Shown here: one piece after another, positions 22,932-24,000 of the stretch | How positions within the stretch are numbered: the first letter of the stretch is position 1 | How the letters are laid out: each line of letters opens with the position of its first letter | Assembly (NCBI GenBank): GCA_964369475.1 | Contig: CAYJFK010000020.1 | Location: 13,370 to 37,369 of the forward strand | Length of the DNA stretch: 24,000 nucleotides | Origin: an uncultured Oscillospiraceae bacterium | GTDB lineage: Bacteria; Bacillota; Clostridia; Oscillospirales; Feifaniaceae | Reading direction: 5' to 3' | The notes under the pieces: model-generated | Told to the model about the DNA's origin: nothing | Databases searched by the model: none | Seen by the model: only the letters and a program-made list of their open reading frames with translations | Program-made: the position numbers and the translations under genes

Positions 22932-23140
22932 TTTTAAGTAAGAGTGAAGAGTGAAGAGTGAAGAGTTATGGTGAAAAATTGCTGAGGCAATTTTTGGTTT
23001 TATATAATAATAAAGGGCGGGCACCTTTGGTGCCCGCCCTTTAGCTTAGAGAAAAACCTTTAGGTTTTTTATTGTATCAAATACTTAATTGCCAAAGGCA
23101 ATTAAGTTACCATAACTCTTCACTCTTCACTCTTCACTAA
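22932..23140. repeat. Heptad-armed foldback element 5: arm - F - G - B - A - arm'
   Basis: Arm AAGTAAG AGTGAAG x3 AGTTATG G (22936-22971). F spans 22974-22995. G is AAAGGGCGGGCACC-TTT-GGTGCCCGCCCTTT (23012-23042). B spans 23051-23070, A 23083-23107. The inverted arm 23110-23138 is a perfect 29/29 complement of 22943-22971. Confidence 0.88.
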
Positions 23141-24000
23141 AACAACTCCCCTTTTACCTTTGCGAAGCATTCTACGGCGTATAAGAGTTGCTCTTTTGTG
23201 TGTGCGGCCGAGACTTGGGTTCTTATTCTGGCTTTGCCTTTGGGGACTACGGGGTAGGAAAATGGCACGACGTAGACGCCGAGCTCTAACATTCGAGCGG
23301 CGAATTTGCCGGCAATGTGGCCGTCGTATAGCATTATCGGGACAATGGGGTGCTCGCCCTCCAAAACGTCAAGGCCGACCTTGGCGAGTTCCTCCCTGAA
23401 AAACGCGGTGTTTTCCATTAGCCTGTCACGAAGTTTTGTGCTGTCCTCTACAATGTCGAGCGCCTTAACAGAAGCGGCGGCGACGGCAGGGGCTAAGGTG
23501 TTGGAAAAAAGATATGGGCGAGCCCTTTGGCGAAGGAGGTCTATTATTACCTTGGAGGCAGAAATATATCCGCCCGATGCACCGCCGAGCGCCTTGCCGA
23601 GGGTGCTCGATATTATGTCTACCCTGCCCATAACACCGCAGTGCTCATGAGTGCCTCTGCCGGTCTTTCCCATAAAGCCTGTGGCATGGCTATCGTCGAC
23701 CATAACAAGCGCATCATACCTTTCTGCAAGGGTGCAGACCCCCTCCAAATTGGCTATGTAGCCGTCCATCGAGAAGATACCGTCGGTAACGATAAGCTTA
23801 ATGCGAGCGTCCTTTGCCTCGATGAGCTTTGCCTCGAGATCTTGCATGTCGTTGTTCTTATAGCGGTAGCGGCTCGCCTTGGAAAGGCGCACTCCGTCTA
23901 TAATGCTTGCATGGTTTAGCTCGTCCGATATTATGGCGTCGCCCTCCCCTGTCAGCGCTTCGAATATGCCGCCGTTAGCATCGAAACAAGAGGAAAATAA
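23137..24000 (-). CDS. kbl: Glycine C-acetyltransferase (2-amino-3-ketobutyrate CoA ligase), C-terminal 287 codons; 5' end beyond the right edge
   Basis: The frame stays open to position 24000 ([42 protein letters not shown]...). The track start at 23892 is an internal GTG. PLP-lysine motif [38 protein letters not shown] closely parallels Kbl. Confidence 0.88.
   Translation of the reverse strand, partial: LFSSCFDANGGIFEALTGEGDAIISDELNHASIIDGVRLSKASRYRYKNNDMQDLEAKLIEAKDARIKLIVTDGIFSMDGYIANLEGVCTLAERYDALVMVDDSHATGFMGKTGRGTHEHCGVMGRVDIISSTLGKALGGASGGYISASKVIIDLLRQRARPYLFSNTLAPAVAAASVKALDIVEDSTKLRDRLMENTAFFREELAKVGLDVLEGEHPIVPIMLYDGHIAGKFAARMLELGVYVVPFSYPVVPKGKARIRTQVSAAHTKEQLLYAVECFAKVKGELF

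Noticed and set aside
3595-23140. CRISPR-array interpretation of the recurrent short repeats.
   Set aside because: The repeats are inverted, not direct, and are 7-nt periodic. They enclose palindromic hairpins rather than unique 25-40-nt spacers. No cas genes are present.

Overview
Chromosomal segment of a moderate-GC Firmicute, judged Clostridia-like from gene content and GGAGG-type RBSs. It starts inside dnaA. There are about 25 protein genes, nearly all ordinary housekeeping: dnaA (partial), a D-aminoacylase-type amidohydrolase, lexA with a Cheo/SOS box, RNase J, an SLT-domain transglycosylase, coaE, tsaC/sua5, prfA, DUF951, a YtrA-type GntR + ABC ATPase + two ABC-2 permease operon, a lipoprotein, comEA, a DEAD-box helicase, DUF975, metG, a flavodoxin-like protein, an EamA/DMT transporter, two small membrane proteins, ybjQ and kbl (partial). 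The unusual content is non-coding. (1) A family of 'heptad-armed foldback elements' occupies five intergenic loci, plus one half copy. Each has ~36-nt terminal inverted repeats built from 7-nt periodic units (ARGTAAK / AGTGAAK), which put stop codons in all three frames. The arms enclose a shuffled set of short hairpin modules. All three convergent gene junctions in the window are occupied, flush against the stop codons. One locus (3595-4333) is a composite of two inverted copies around a four-helix-bundle gene of the 23S-rRNA-IVS-protein / Avd-like family, an IVS-like architecture outside any rRNA gene. (2) A ~460-nt GC-rich, stop-codon-poor, helix-dense region lies between tsaC and coaE (7741-8200). 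It has an 18-bp perfect long-range inverted repeat and matches no RNA family I can recognise by eye. (3) An orphan promoter-terminator unit (~210 nt) sits in the dnaA upstream region, where canonical DnaA boxes are not evident. No rRNA, tRNA, CRISPR array, transposase or reverse transcriptase is visible.
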